From Dicyema japonicum (lineage: Eukaryota > Animalia > Dicyemida): 64,000 bases of DNA. Of the stretch, positions 13,511 to 26,935 are shown piece after piece (position 1 is the first letter of the stretch; every line of letters begins with the position of its first letter). A program made the translations under genes and the position numbers. Under the pieces are notes generated by a model, which searched no databases, was not told where the DNA came from, and saw only the letters and a program-made list of their open reading frames with translations. The stretch is from the NCBI GenBank assembly GCA_011109175.1, contig RDEW01000002.1:2210997-2274996 (forward strand), read 5' to 3'.

Positions 13511-14699
13511 CATCAACTATCTTCCCACATCTGCATCGTGGCTCATGCAAAGGGAGAGGATAATGAAATAAAGCATATTGCTAACAAATTTCACCACGAC
13601 TTACTTTGAAATGAAGACTACCAAGATTAATTATCAAGTCAGTTTTCTGGGAGTTACCGATTCCTTTGATGAATCGATAAATTCAAAATAACTCAATACA
13701 AGTATAATTCAAATAATTCAAAAATAATTAAAAAAGGCTGTCAAAAATGAGAAATTCTCCAATCAAAAAATGAGACGACAATGACGACATTCCAAGAACA
13801 TCAGACTCGTCAGGGAAGCCAACATCCAAGGATTCGATATTATAGAACGACACGTTTAAATAGGTCTTTATTCGACGAGTGAGGCTCCTCCAGGGTTTTT
13901 AGTTGCTCTGAATTTTTGTCGTTACGGATATTTCCGTATTTCAATGACTGTGTTTTTTGACACTCCAAAATATTTTGGTTTGCTGCCTGAATTCAATTGT
14001 CTTGAAATCGCTGAATATTGTTGTAAAAATTTTATAAATAAATAAAATAAATAAATTGAAGTAAAAAATAACAATAATTAGAAAAAATGGATTTTAATAA
14101 AAAAATGCTTGAGGTAATCTATTAAAATGAACAACGGAGCAATTTATCTACTAATTATGTCAATATTGGATTATAAATTGATAAAGATGGCAGGGAAAAC
14201 TTACTTCACAGTAGAAGACGTAGCTAGCAAATTCAAAATTGTATTTTAATAATGATTTATGTGGAAGTAAAAAGTATCTGGAATCTAAATTTTCTGTTAA
14301 TAAGTGTTTTCTATTAAAAATGAAAAAACAACATATATCTCCATGCATATACGCCTATATTAAAAATATTCTATCTATTCATAAAAGATTTTTATTATTG
14401 CTAAAATTATTATCTAAAGACCGAATTTTTTAACCAAAAAACGTTTTTAATTACATTATTATATATTTTAATAACGTTTTTGATTAGTTTTTTAATATTA
14501 AAATTTTTTTACTAGATAAATTATTCATAGTCAAAAATGGTCAAAATTTTGAATTTTTAAAGTCAATAAAGTCAATTTTTAGGTCAAAATTTGGATTTAT
14601 AAAGTCAAAAAAAGCGCCCTAGTGATTACCACCAATTTGGATTGAGATTCTACTTAATTATGATAATTTACTGGATTTTGTTATTAATAATTTTATTTA

Positions 14700-14915
14700 T
14701 TTATTGTCGAGACAACTGGAGGAATAAGTGGAAAATCGCTTCGCTTCATAAAGAAACTTGGTCTCTTAGCTACACTAAAAAGTCACGACGCACGTGAGAC
14801 CTGATGGCTTCTCCAGTTGATCTCAGTTGCAATCGTAAGAGGCAACGCAATGTCGATAATGTCTGCGGGGTTTTCTTTGGATGGATAGTTGTGTTAATTA
14901 ATTATTTATTTCGTT
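14700..14915 (+). mobile_element. CRE-clade LINE 3' end remnant, family B
   Basis: IVETTGGISGKSLRFIKKLG..WLLQLISVAIVRGNAMSIMSAGFSLDG*. Confidence 0.8.
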
Positions 14916-15229
14916 ATTTTGAAAATATTAAAAATTACCTATTTATTTATTAAATTATAAATTCTATAAAATAAATAACCTATAAATGATCGTATCCTTA
15001 TGTGCATATGAATTATTAGTTATTTTGATAACTCCAGTAATTCTACATATTGATGGTTGACTTATTAATTGAGTTTAGAACATTTATGCCCCCAAACGTA
15101 TTTGAAACACAATACATCGTGGGTTAGTAGAAGTCCAAATGGTGAAATAAATGCATTTTTAAATGCGATAATATACGTAAGATATAAGAATGAACATAAT
15201 AAAGTAAATTTAATTCAATATTAGACTAT

Positions 15230-16028
15230 ATTGAATTAAATTTTTCGCTAGGGAAGTGGTGCCACTGGTGCTACTTTCAGGGGATGTGGAGGTGGTGTCA
15301 CTGGTGCTACTTTCATGTTCTCTTCATGTTCTCAAGTCGAAGGAGTTTCAAGGCGAAGATCCACATTACAAGGGCCATATTAAAAGACGAAGGAACCTAT
15401 TGCACTGCAAGGGAGTCTCCTCAAGGCGAAGAAACGTATTACAAGTCGAATGAACCTATTCTACAAAACGAAGGAATATATTACAAGGTTGAGAAACAAA
15501 CTACGGGCCGAATAGACACATTCTACAAAAACGAAGGAACCTTTTGGGGGACGCAGTAGCCAAAAGGTCAAAACTCCGGATATTTTCCAAGTTGGACCTA
15601 GTACCCACACCAATTGATCCTTACATTCGTATCCGGGTCTACACGGGACTTTGTTATCCAGGCCATTGATCCCTACAGGACCTGAGAATACTGTGGATGT
15701 CATACTGGAGATGGGACTTACAGGGGGTACCCACACCATTTGTTTCCTACATTCGAATTGGGATCTACACGGGACTTTGTTAACCACATCATCGGTCCCT
15801 TCAGGACGGTTTGGGACCACCGTGGAATAACATACTGGGGAAAGGACATACAAAGGGAGAACTAACTGGAGATGGGCGTACTGGCTTTGTACCTAGGTAC
15901 TAAATGGACGACTACAATGGAGATGGGATACGTGTGAAGTGTCCGGGCCGCAAAGGCGGACACGTTAAAATCCCTTTAATTGACTCCTTACTTACTTTGG
16001 AATAAATTTGATTTGATTTTGATTTTTG
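15230..16028 (+). mobile_element. Putative retroposed unit of unknown origin, with internal 36-bp and 126-bp repeats
   Basis: 13-bp direct repeat AATATTAGACTAT at 15217-15229 and 16029-16041. The 3' end has a hairpin (GTGTCCG..CGGACAC, 15939-15963), AATAAA (16001) and a (TTTGA)n-like tail. Confidence 0.6.
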
Positions 16029-16559
16029 AATATTAGACTATCTTGCGCTCATTGCTTAACGGAGACGCTGAATTAATCAAAATTCGGTCAAAATACGAAA
16101 TTCGTCTTGTCTTATCGTCCAATAATGTTCTTTTGAGTTTTGTATTCCATATCTCTGGTGGAGAGTACACATTTAAAAAGATTGAAATAAACCATATTTA
16201 TACTGATTACATTGACCATGAGATTGAAGTCAATCAGAAGTCGACTAATGATCCTGAATTTCATTTATGCAAAAGAATTATTAAACAATTTCCCAATCTT
16301 TATTTCAAATTGGGGGATGTGCTTGAATCGTTAGGTAGTTAGACTGACCTGTCCATAGATTATTCTGGCAACCTCAGTATTTCTAATTCTGTTTTGTGTA
16401 AAAAAAAACTTTGGAAATTTTAATTTGAGTGCGAGAATTCATTAAAAATAAACATATTAGGTAGATGTTACTAGTTTTGATGAATTTCTGTTTTAAAAGC
16501 CTAATCTGGGATTCTGAGTTGGCATTTCTTTTTTTGTTTTACTGACATAAATAGTTGAC

Positions 16560-17860
16560 CTCATTTGAAATTTAGGTACCATGTTAAAACATAGTTGACC
16601 TCATTTGAAATTTATTTTCTCCCAACAGTGAACCAAGTTTTTTTTCGTGTCTCCATTTTTCATCATTTCCTGGCTGTATGCGTTTAAATTTTCATGGCCT
16701 GTTTTTTTTAGATTTATCTTTAGATTCCAATTTGCGATTGATATCTCTGCTAGTACAGACTCAAGCAAGTCCTTATTGATGGATACAAAGTCCAAATCAT
16801 CTGCGTATATAAGTTCGGTGATTTGGTGATAACTGGAGCCCATAGAAAAAAATTAAAATTTGACCTCTCAGCGCCGCAACCAAATATATGTCAAACAAAA
16901 CGGGAGACTGAGAATCCCCTTGTGGAGTACCAATGTCAGTATAGAACTTTTCAGAGTGCTTCATGCCAGCTTTCACAGTTAGCTCTGTTTCTTCAAGAAT
17001 CCCAATAGCCTCAGGCAGTCTTCATTTAATATGTTGGTTAGTATGGTGGTCAGTTTTTCTCTGTTGGTGCTGTCAAACGCCTTCTCAGAAGATGTAATCT
17101 TCGCATATTTTTTTGCCATGATGACTCCATACGACATCAGAGGTTGACCGTAGCCCTCCGAAGGGTTATTTTTCAGCCAATTAAATGCACTTATAACTTC
17201 TTGTGCAATACTGTTAGCAAGTGGGTCGGTGTTCCATGAGTTAACTGATCCTTGCATTGCCAACTCGGAATAATGTCCTGAAATAGCGGTCAATGTGATT
17301 TGTTTTATTTTCTTGATTCAGTATGAGGCGGCCCAACTTGTCACAAACTTTGACAGATGACCTTGGTAATCCCCTCTTTAGTAGTTTTACTTCAGCAAAC
17401 ATTCGACTCCAATATTGTGTGCTACTGACTTGGTGTGTTTTGTCACTCAAGTATTGATTTATTATCTCCTTGCTTGGTATTTTATTTGGTGGAAAATTTT
17501 ATTCCTTGACTATTCGGCAGTCCCAACTTCAAATGAATTTTCTTTTGGTATTCAGATGTCTGATTGTAGGGTCAAATAGCAAGGATTTCTTTTTTGTGAT
17601 GTTCTCAGTTAGAGTCTCTGTTGCCAGTCGGCGACCCGTAACTGCAACCTTCTGTTTTCCGTCCGTAATGCCAAAATATCGTTTCATATTTTATCGTACA
17701 ACGACCTGTTTACGGCCACTATCAAGTAATATCCATCCGTAACTGATCAAATCCAGTAGTAATCTCTTTAGTGAATATGTGCAAAGGATGTAGTCAATCT
17801 GGTTGAATATTGTTATAGGCTTCCCATTAATCTTTTATCGGTAGCCCACCCAAGTTGTCT
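16560..17860 (-). mobile_element. RTE-like LINE remnant (APE end to RT)
   Basis: NQIDYIL near 17800; EVISAFNWLKNN; KAFDSTNREKL; ITELIYADDLDFVS; KKLGSLLGE. Confidence 0.75.
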
Positions 17861-18349
17861 TGTATTTAACGTGGTGTTATCAAAATAAAAAAATTAGATC
17901 ATGTAGGGAAATAAAGTCAGGTCTGTATAAATATGCATTTATTTGTGAGAATATGACATCTCCAAAGCAAGTCTATAATGACTATAACAACCGTTTGCTA
18001 ACAAATGAACAAAAATATGGTATTTGTTAAAAATACATTTAATAATTAATTTAGATATATTATTTCCAAAGTAAACTGTTATTTTTTATATTTCTATTTT
18101 ATTTAAAATTAAGTAAAATAATAAAAATATTTTTACTCGACACGTGTTAATTATGCTTGTTGCCTGATGGTTATGTGGTCACGAACACAGAAAACTTATT
18201 TTTATGTAAGAAATATTCAGAGTTTGTAGTCAACTTAGACGGGGAACTTATTTTGTTAAAAGTGTTCTATTTAATTATTCGTCCTCTTGATTTCTTGTTT
18301 ATTTTTTATATGTTTTTTATTTGAAAAACATAAGTTAGTTAGTTGCCGC

Positions 18350-19190
18350 CCTCACTTGTTTATTTAAAACCAAGAATCACCGGAAAATTAAAAGGAAAAA
18401 CGTGGCCGTAGGTGATCCAGGCCTCCTTATGCTGCGCGATATATGACTATTGGATATTACTATATTTTTTATCCGGATTTCACATAAAACCGCTGCTGTA
18501 AAAACCAAAAATTTGACAACCACCTGGCGTAGCTTTCATTAGATGAGATAGTTGGTCGACTGCAGAAGAATACTGCTCTTCAAATGTTTCCGAAAGAGTT
18601 TGATGTTTTCAGAATTTAGCGGCGACGGAATTACTGTAAAAGATTTAGTATTTATTTTAGGCAAAAAACTCTGTATGCTCGACACTGTTTGAAAGCTTAC
18701 GGCTGCGGTAATTATTTGGCTGATAGACTTTATTCTAAAAACAGTAAAGAATATTAAACGGAGGAAACATTTTTGGGCCTACAACATATTCAAATCAGAT
18801 GCTTGTAAAGTGAATGAATATATTTCCACTTCAAATAACTAGGATTTTGTAAATACTACAATATTCGAATAAAAATCTCCCACCATCTGTCTATGCAACT
18901 CTTACAAATAGAACTGCAAGTTCTGACTATGTTGAAATTGCAATTTTGCTAATATAAAAAATTCTCAAAAGATCGAGATGTGACAGAGACAACTTTTGAT
19001 TGATTTTTGTGTTTTTTAACTAAAAACGAATTATCTTAAAAAACACTCTCTATATAAATAAATTGTTTATAAACACTTTTTATTTTTTTAATTTTATATG
19101 CGAAAATAAAAAAGTGCTATTTTTTCTTATTTTTTAAATTCTTTTGCTATTTTAGCAATAATTGCTATTTTCTGGTTGCCTTAATATTGA
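18350..19190 (+). mobile_element. Heavily decayed CGGBP1-like hAT remnant
   Basis: ASSDYVE..ILKRSR segment resembles the ASSASVER motif of the 29771-31847 element; TTGCCTTAA end resembles its TIR. Confidence 0.4.
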
Positions 19191-19764
19191 CTAAAATGAA
19201 AAAGGGAAGATATTCTGTAATGGCTGCTCAACGTCAAATATGAATTTATGAAGTTTTTCGTTCTCTGGGATGCAAAGGTTTTCCGATTAATGAACCTAAT
19301 TCAGATAAAGAACATTATTACTTCAAATGTGTGGATCCACCAATTTATGAAAAATTAGTTATAAAATTCAAAACCCTTCAAGGTAAAGTACGACCATCAA
19401 AATTCAAAAAACATTGTAAAGAAAACTTTTTTAATTTAGGAAACTGCAATTTTTATAAGCTACACTAGGGAACGATTATAATAAAGGAAAAAGGTTAAAA
19501 TCGTCAAGAGTATTGAGAGGAGTAAATCTAAAAGCCATTGGAATCTAATACAGCCATGGGATCAATGAAATAAATAAATCACCATACGAAATTGCTCTGA
19601 AATGGTCTTTAAATAAACTTTATGACATTTTAAAAACATCATGATAAGGAAAACAGCTTATTTATCAGGATATTGCGATACATGCGAGACACTTATGATT
19701 AAGGCACTTTCACGAAAGACATAATGTTTATAGCCCCGCATGTGCAACACTTAAGTATCCTATA

Positions 19765-19830
19765 AAGACGATCCGGTTCCGCAGTGAAATGTTCACTGAT
19801 GACGGCGTCACTCGTAAAAACAAGCGAGAC
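19765..19830 (-). mobile_element. SINE internal fragment
   Basis: GATCCGGTTCCGCAGTGAAATGTTCACTGATGACGG matches 50950-50990 and the SINE body. Confidence 0.6.
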
Positions 19831-20203
19831 ACTTGTGGAACATTAAGAGTATGAAGTCATAAAAGATACTGAACAAGCTTTCACAGTGCTTCTCAATGTA
19901 TTCACAAGAAATGTTCTAAACTATACGGATTTAAAGTAGATATTGGCATTCACAATGAAAATACCAAAGAACAAGATAATTAGCCAACAAGAGACGATCT
20001 AGTATGTCGGATCGATTCATTGATCCAATTGGTCTCTAAGAATCCACGCAAGACTGTATGGCTTTGAAAACGTATCTCGATATCTATCTCAGAGGAACGG
20101 TCTGTAATTATTATAAAATTAATTTTTTCATATTTTTATTTAGCTTTTTATTAAAAAATAAATCATGTTGTAAGATATGTCATCTGAGGTTAGTATTTCG
20201 AAA

Positions 20204-22544
20204 TTAGGCAACAGATCCCCGTCTACAAAAAATTAAAAAATTAAACCTTTGCCTGAAACTTCCAAATGATGACGGAATGTTAAATGAAGAGGGATTTTTT
20301 CTGAGGATTATTTAATCTAATAAACTTTTTATATAAAGACGCCAACTACAACCGCGATAACTACGAGAATGCCGAAAAAGATGCCGACCCCAAGACCAAC
20401 ACTCTTTTTGGAAGGACCTATATGCTTAGAGAATAAATTTACCAGATCTCGATGCTGAAAAGGTTGCAGAATCTAAGAAAATAAAAATTCATTATACGAT
20501 ATCCAACACAGACAGCTATGTGTTTTTCTTTGCATCTTGTGGCAATCCATGATCCATTTTGTGCAACAGTAATGCAAACTATTCCATCGTCATTATAAAA
20601 TGGTTCGTTAGGAGCCCATGGAGTACGGTCCTAATAATGAGACTGTTAATAGAAACAGGTTTATCCCCAATCCACGTAAGAGTGGTGTCATTCCATAAAA
20701 TTCTGTAGTCCATAAAAAATCTATGATTTGTGATTTCTAAAATCAGGTTGACTATTACCTTTATTCAATTCCTTAATTACGTAGGTAGAAGTTGTCTTGA
20801 CCAGGGAAAGACCAAACTGAGAACAGAGTCTTGCAGAATCGTGATAAGATAATATTCTCCCAAACATTGTGTAAGTTTTTGAATTTAATTTAACTGAGTA
20901 TGTCTCATTTTCTAAATCTAACAGTATTTATTGATTTATACGCCAGAAATTATTTGTGCAGTTTATGTTGGAGTAATTGTCTAAATAAATAACAAATTAA
21001 ACAGTTATTGTCATTTTTATAACAAACGAATCGAGTGTTGTAGCATTTATCGTTAATCCATTTCCCCGAAGCATATTGAGCATAGACGCACCCATATTTT
21101 TTGGAATCCTTAGGATAACCTGTATCCCAGTTAGTAAAATTCTTAAATAAAATAAGAAAAGTACTGATTTGAGTTGGTCTCCTCTCATGAGCACGTGATT
21201 AAGGGAGACAGAACCATAGTTTAATCCAATATCGAATTCGACATTTTCTATAATTAAGTTTTAAATAAAAACCAAAAACAGCACAATTTTCGACGGAATT
21301 AAATGGAGCATAGAGAACCGCATTTTTCATAGCACAAACATTAAGTGCCTGATTTCTTGTAGCCAAAAAGTCAAACACATAGAAAGAATTGTTCTGAAAA
21401 TAAAATATCTGTGAAAAATAGTCTAAATTAAATATTAGAATTCTACGGAATTTGTTTTCTTCACTGCAGTCTTTTGGGGTGGCACCACTAATTACGGAAT
21501 CTGTTTTTATTAAATTACAAAAACACCTAATTCACATATAATATATGCAGCTTCTTGACAATCCATAGTTGCAAATTCCCCAGTCATATAATCACGTACC
21601 ACACATTCTTTGTATATCATATCCAGTGACCCCCATGGAAGATATGACTAAATTAATTTAAAATTTAAAAACCGCTAAATAGTTTTTTTCACTCATATAA
21701 ATATTGTTCCCATAATTTAGAATTCCAACGAAAGATGGAGCAAAAACTAACTCTATAATTGTATTGTATAATTTATAAATACCATGAACAGCACAGTTTT
21801 CAGTTCCATCATTTGGAATGAAGAGATAACCATTGTGGTCGTACTTGCAAATTTGTCTTGCGGTTGCATAGTCCCTGGCTGTTTTATAGATGTAATATGT
21901 GTGTCCTCTGAATGTAGTCATACTGTCGTAGGGTACTAAAGTTATAATTTGCTTTCAACTATTGATCCTTTTCCCGGAAGTTATATTTAGTCCATTTGAT
22001 GCGATTTTATCTATTTTTATTATTACTACTACCTGCTTCACAAATCCAGAATGCTTTACGATATTGGGGGGCAACTCTCCATTTGCCTGACCGTGCCATC
22101 ATTTTGACTGCTCGAATAGTAAGGTTTTGAAGCTGCAGAATCCCAATTGGAGTATGTCTGCTTTATTAAATGAATAATACAATAGCTTTATATGTGTGAA
22201 ACGAGAAAAATGTTTCTGTTCCATCACCAAATCTCCATACGCCAATACCTCTATCTCTATAGATAACGCCTAAAATTGCAAGACAGTTCAAACTATGCAA
22301 AGCATCATTTTCTTCTTGATTTTCAATATGCACAGGATAATATTTATAAGAGTAACAATAAGCATGTGGTACACATAGTACCAGTCTAATGCTGAAAGGT
22401 AATACGCATGTCCATTGTAATTGTATGGAATTTCATAATACTCCACTAAAAATAATAGAATTAGTGAATACATCCGAAGCAGTCACTGGTCAATACTAAA
22501 ATTGTTAAAGTATACTTACGAGTCACAGCTAATAGTAAAATCAT
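20204..22544 (-). pseudogene. Four-domain C-type lectin type I membrane receptor, copy 1 (frameshifted)
   Basis: ATG at 22544; signal peptide MILLLAVTLLTSDCFG; four CTLDs; TM helix VGLGVGIFFGILVVIAVVVGVFI; 19 tiny GT-AG introns. Private 2-nt deletions at about 22113 (CTLD1) and about 20330 (TAA directly after the TM helix), plus a phase break at about 22370 shared with copy 2. Lesions could be assembly indels. Confidence 0.85.
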
Positions 22545-22769
22545 TTAACATTACTCTGATTTGTCGCCTTATATTTACTATTTAATTTTTGGGACATTAA
22601 AATATTTTTCATTTATTCTTTGTTGAACAATAACATTAATAAAATGATTAATTAATTTTTTGTTTCCAACAGTGGAAGTTTTTCTCTCATTATTATTATA
22701 AAAATAACAATTCTCTCGATTTTCGATTTTTCTGGACCAGTTTGCCACTGGTTAATCGGTTGGAAGGTT

Positions 22770-22985
22770 GAGGTGCCCTATTGCACAGAATGTTTACTCA
22801 GATTTACGATGAACGAGAGCCCATGTCTTCCTTTTCTTGATCTTAGACGTGTTTGTCAACTCAGAAGAAATTGAAAACCCGAAGTTCTGAACAAAGAAAG
22901 CGTCGGATACACGTACGACCCTATTTCCGTCACATCCACTTCAAAATTGGAAGAAATTGTAGATCAACTATCTGAAGCTGAACAT
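22770..22985 (+). mobile_element. Penelope-like element RT fragment upstream of lectin copy 1
   Basis: CLPFLDL..KKASDTRTTLFPSHPLQ resembles the PLE thumb region LPFLD..RKPTHT..YL..SHHP; homologous to 45340-45532. Confidence 0.5.
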
Positions 22986-23173
22986 GTAGCATAATAGTTA
23001 ATATGATTTTTCTCGTGTTTTTAATTAGATTATAGCATATTATTTTCCATTATGGTGACATCGGTAAATTATTGTTTTACCTATTTTCAATTAATAATAA
23101 TTTCCTCTAAGCTTTTTCTCTCTTTGTCTTAAGTTTGCATTATTTTTTCACTGACAAATTCTTAAACCTCGTT

Positions 23174-23286
23174 AATATTAATGTAGACACGTAATTGGTC
23201 ATTAATTTGTAGACACGTAATTGATCATTCATTTGTAGACACGTAATTGATCAAATTAATATTAATGTAGACACGTAACTGATCAA
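23174..23286. repeat. Tandem repeat, 4 x TGTAGACACGTAATTGATCA-type core
   Basis: Cores start at 23182, 23208, 23234 and 23266 (periods 26, 26, 32). Confidence 0.9.
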
Positions 23287-23899
23287 AAATTAATTTTCTT
23301 GTGGTGACGTGCATGCTTGTTTCTACTGTTGACAAAGAAGCATTTTCATCAGACATATCTACGAAAGATTTTGATAGAGAAACGTAGACCAAGTGGTCGA
23401 TGGGCTGTGGGGACTCAAGAAAAAGGACTACTTTTTAGTCTGGTGTCACAGCCAGATTGCCGTGCAAATCTCCTCCCTTTAAATGCTATTATCGACCAAG
23501 TGGATTATAAAGACAGAGTTGAATGGACGTCTGAAATTATTCGAGCTGCTCAAGCAAGATTTGGGAGAATTCCTTGTGGTGGCTGGCCGTTAATTACTCG
23601 GACTTTTAATGGGAAGGTTTGGTATGTCCAAATCGATTGCAAACTGAAGAGTTTAGCGCATGCAAGGAAAACTTCTGAAGTTGAATAAACAGCTCAAGTA
23701 AATCTCGGTGCTTGTTGAACAGAAGGAAATAAGATGTTCGATGACGATACGAGGATACACTGTGCCAATATGGATATCGAAAGTCGAAAAAGGGTGAACT
23801 GGGAAGAATAGTTAGTTGCACTCAGGATGAGATAAATATCGTGGAGAATAAACTCAGAGTACATGAATCCCGGAAGGAATTCAGGAAACAAAATTGTTG

Positions 23900-25600
23900 T
23901 TTCGAACTCAATCGGAGGCTTTTTTACGGAAAGTTAAATGAGAAACCATGGATGCCATTTGAGTAGGAGAGTTACTGGAGTAGAAGACACATTTGTAGAC
24001 TGCAAGAAAGAAGATATCCTTAAATAATTAAACTCCTGCCTAATTGGAAAGCCAGTGGGTGTGATGGGGTGTACAACTTCTTTCTTAAAAGATTTACTTC
24101 AATCCATGATAAATTCTGTGAAGAGGTTGCCAAAATAATATATGGTGATTATACCCCTTATGAGTGGTTTTACACAGGGATTACATATCTTATCCCGAAA
24201 AGAGATATATGTCAATCCCCGAAAGACTTGAGGCCGATTACATGCATGACTAACTTATACAAGTTAGTGACAAAATGTGTTAACCGTAATTTGTCCTTGA
24301 AGCATTCGATCTCGTGAGTGATAATCAACTGGGAACTAAAAGGATGTGTCAAGGGGCTAAAGAACAGGCAATCCTTAACCACTGTGTTACTAAAAGTATG
24401 GGAACAATTTGTCTTCGACAAGAAAATGTTAAAAAAGCATTAGATTCTGTAAATCATGACTTTTTATACAAAGTCTTGGACAACTCTGGGCTCCTATAAT
24501 GGATCGTAAGTTTAATCAAGAATTTGGTAACCAAATGGAAAATCAGACTCAACTTTAATCAAAAAGAATTGGAGAAGTTGAATTGAAGCGAGGGATCTTG
24601 CAAAGCGATTCGTTGTCACCACAAATCTTTGTACTTCTGTTGGATCCTCTCAGCAGGATTTGAATGCAAAATACCCAAAGGTGACCATAGATTGAGGATC
24701 TCTTGCGTACGCCACAAATCATCTACTGTTCATGGACGACTTGAAAATATTCTCCCACAGAGGATACAATGTTGTTTATGATGAATGAAGTTAATATGAT
24801 CTTCGAAGCTGCTGAACTTGAACCAAATGCAGATAAACCGGCTACTAATTATTCTGAGCTGAGCTCCCAAGCAAACTGCTGGATGGAACGGAGGGACATC
24901 AACACCTTGGTGGACTTTATTTAGCAAGAGATCAGCTTGGAAGGGGACTAGTCTCCATTAAACACAAAAGTGAACCCATGCTGCTCCAATTCCTATGGGA
25001 TGTTGAGAAGAAATCATGCTATTGTCTGAGGAAGGCAGGAATTCTACGAACCATCAAATCAAAGAAATCTCATATGGTCACAATCATAGAATTCCTAACC
25101 GAAAATATAAAATTCAAGAACCCTATATCTCAAAATGGACACATTGAAAGAACTACACAAAAAATGTTTATTGGAGCAAATACGTGCATAACCATTGCAT
25201 GGAATACTTTTAAATGTCTTGATGACAACAATGTTGATATAACAGAATCTTCCCGTTGACTTTTGCATGGAAACAATTCACCCAAATCCGAAAGAATGTT
25301 GTGCCTCACTTAAGATCGTAATTTATTCTTCGATAGTATTGCCTCTAATTGTGGTCACTGTAGCACTGCTAAAAAGTGTTGATCGTTTGGCTACAAGGTG
25401 TGGTCGAATGCTGAACAGTGACTATCTTCGCCGACACAAGATGTATTCATCTGCATCTATGTCGATTATACGTGATAAAAGACTCGAAGAAGCTCACACT
25501 ATGTGCAATCATAGTCACCAATGACAATATTATTATTAACAAAACCAAAAATCACCGACGAATTAAATAACTATAGCCATCAGGTGATTCCGGCCCCCTC
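23900..25600 (+). mobile_element. R4/NeSL-type LINE (RT + CCHC + REL), decayed
   Basis: LPNWKASGCDGVYNFFLK..TGITYLIPK..DLRPITCMTNLYK; QLGTKRMCQGAKEQAILN; KKALDSVNH; LFMDDLKI; LATRCGRMLNSDYLRRH. Confidence 0.85.
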
Positions 25601-26038
25601 GAATAGCCATTTCATTGTTGCTCGGTGTTCCTTTTGGGTTCCAACGCATTTTCTGATTGGGCGTGGGTTTCTTATTTCTTACGTGGTTTCTTACTCTTGA
25701 ATGAAATTATTTCTATGACCAATGCTAAAACCAAACCAATTAATCCCGATATCCTGATGACACGGTCTCCGTTATGACACAAATGATCGCGAGCGCAATG
25801 TTGTAGAAGAGCAATTGCGTCAGTTAGCCTATATTACCAAACTATGTCAAGAATACAAAATTACTCAGATCAAGAAAATCCTACGAAGCCATGAGATAAT
25901 TGAACACTTAACTAGACCATTGCTTCGAAATTCGGGGTCACCTTGTTACTTGAAAATGCAACAGCTCGATACTACTTCTCACAAATGTTAGATTTGACCA
26001 TTGAGGGTGGGACCAACGACTATACCCGTTAGCTTGAT

Positions 26039-26459
26039 TAGGCTTACCATCCGTTCCGGATTATCAGGATAATTGCGAATTAAATTAGATGATGCTGTCA
26101 ATACTTTAATAAGAAAAGTATTCAAATTCCTAATTCTATTAAAATTATCGAATATCTTTTTGTCTACGCGTCACTAATGCTCCTGTAGTATATTTTCAAT
26201 TATGAATTTCACTTGGTCAATAGAAAGAGGTCGAATGAAAGAAGAATCTCTCAAATCATTATTGATTTATAAATTGACATGTCGTGATTTTTTGAAAAAA
26301 TCAAAAATAATCAAAAATTTCTAAATAAAGTTAACTCAGTTCAGAAATAGAATCGACTTTCTTAGTTAATTTTTAATAAAGATTTTTTCCCCGGAAAGTC
26401 ACGGATTTTGATTATCAAAATCAATAAATGTCCCGGACTTCTAGTAAATGGTAAGCCTA
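26039..26459. mobile_element. hAT-type MITE (Tip100/Zaphod-like ends), 421 bp
   Basis: 12-bp TIR TAGGCTTACCAT; flanks AGCTTGAT and GCTTTGAT, a near-8-bp TSD with one indel. Confidence 0.75.
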
Positions 26460-26479
26460 GCTTTGATTGACTGGGAATC

Positions 26480-26935
26480 TTTTCGACCTAAGGACTTAGC
26501 GCGCCCCGCGTATCTGTCCTCCCTATGCTCCACTCGACTGCTGATCAAGATGATTCTCCAACAGCAAACGTGATCGTCGGGGATCACAGCCTGAGCAGAA
26601 AGATCGTTACGGGATCATTTGCGAAGATAAATTTAAGAGGTTCTGAACCAATCAAACCAACACCGACGTGCCTTTCTTCTCACTGGAAAATGTAAATGGA
26701 GAAATGCTTGATTAAATGCCCCCCGTTGGTAGCGTCGTGACCCACCTTGATGACGATACTTTCCGGACTGGTATCTCCAAGATTTGCCAACCTTAAAAGT
26801 GCCCGATGTGGTGTACCGTAGACTGTTATGGATATCATGCCCTTTCTTGTTGAAGAAGTGCAGGACGATTTCCATGACATAAGACGATCAACGGAGTTGT
26901 TAAACGAGCCCTGGAGTCTGGTGGATGCCTGAACC
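26480..26935 (+). mobile_element. CRE-clade LINE fragment
   Basis: PAYLSSLCSTRLLIKMIL; LDDDTFRTGISKICQP..GVTVDCYGYHALSC..HDIRRSTELLNEP-like segments across frameshifts. Confidence 0.7.

Noticed and set aside
13780-14100. Tc1-like HTH fragment on the minus strand (GVSKNTVIEI)
   Set aside because: Only one short motif, with no TIR or DDE region found.
15820-15860. C2H2 zinc-finger array (HTGERTYKG linker look-alike)
   Set aside because: No CxxC..HxxxH spacing in any frame around it.
16043-16342. 99-aa ORF
   Set aside because: No ATG start, no motif and no splice support.
19200-20100. Gene remnant (FISY, TIR-like look-alike)
   Set aside because: Many stops and no extended motif support; left unannotated.
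23174-23286. Possible CRISPR array
   Set aside because: Spacers are only 6-12 nt and similar to each other, the context is eukaryotic, and there are no cas genes. It is a minisatellite.
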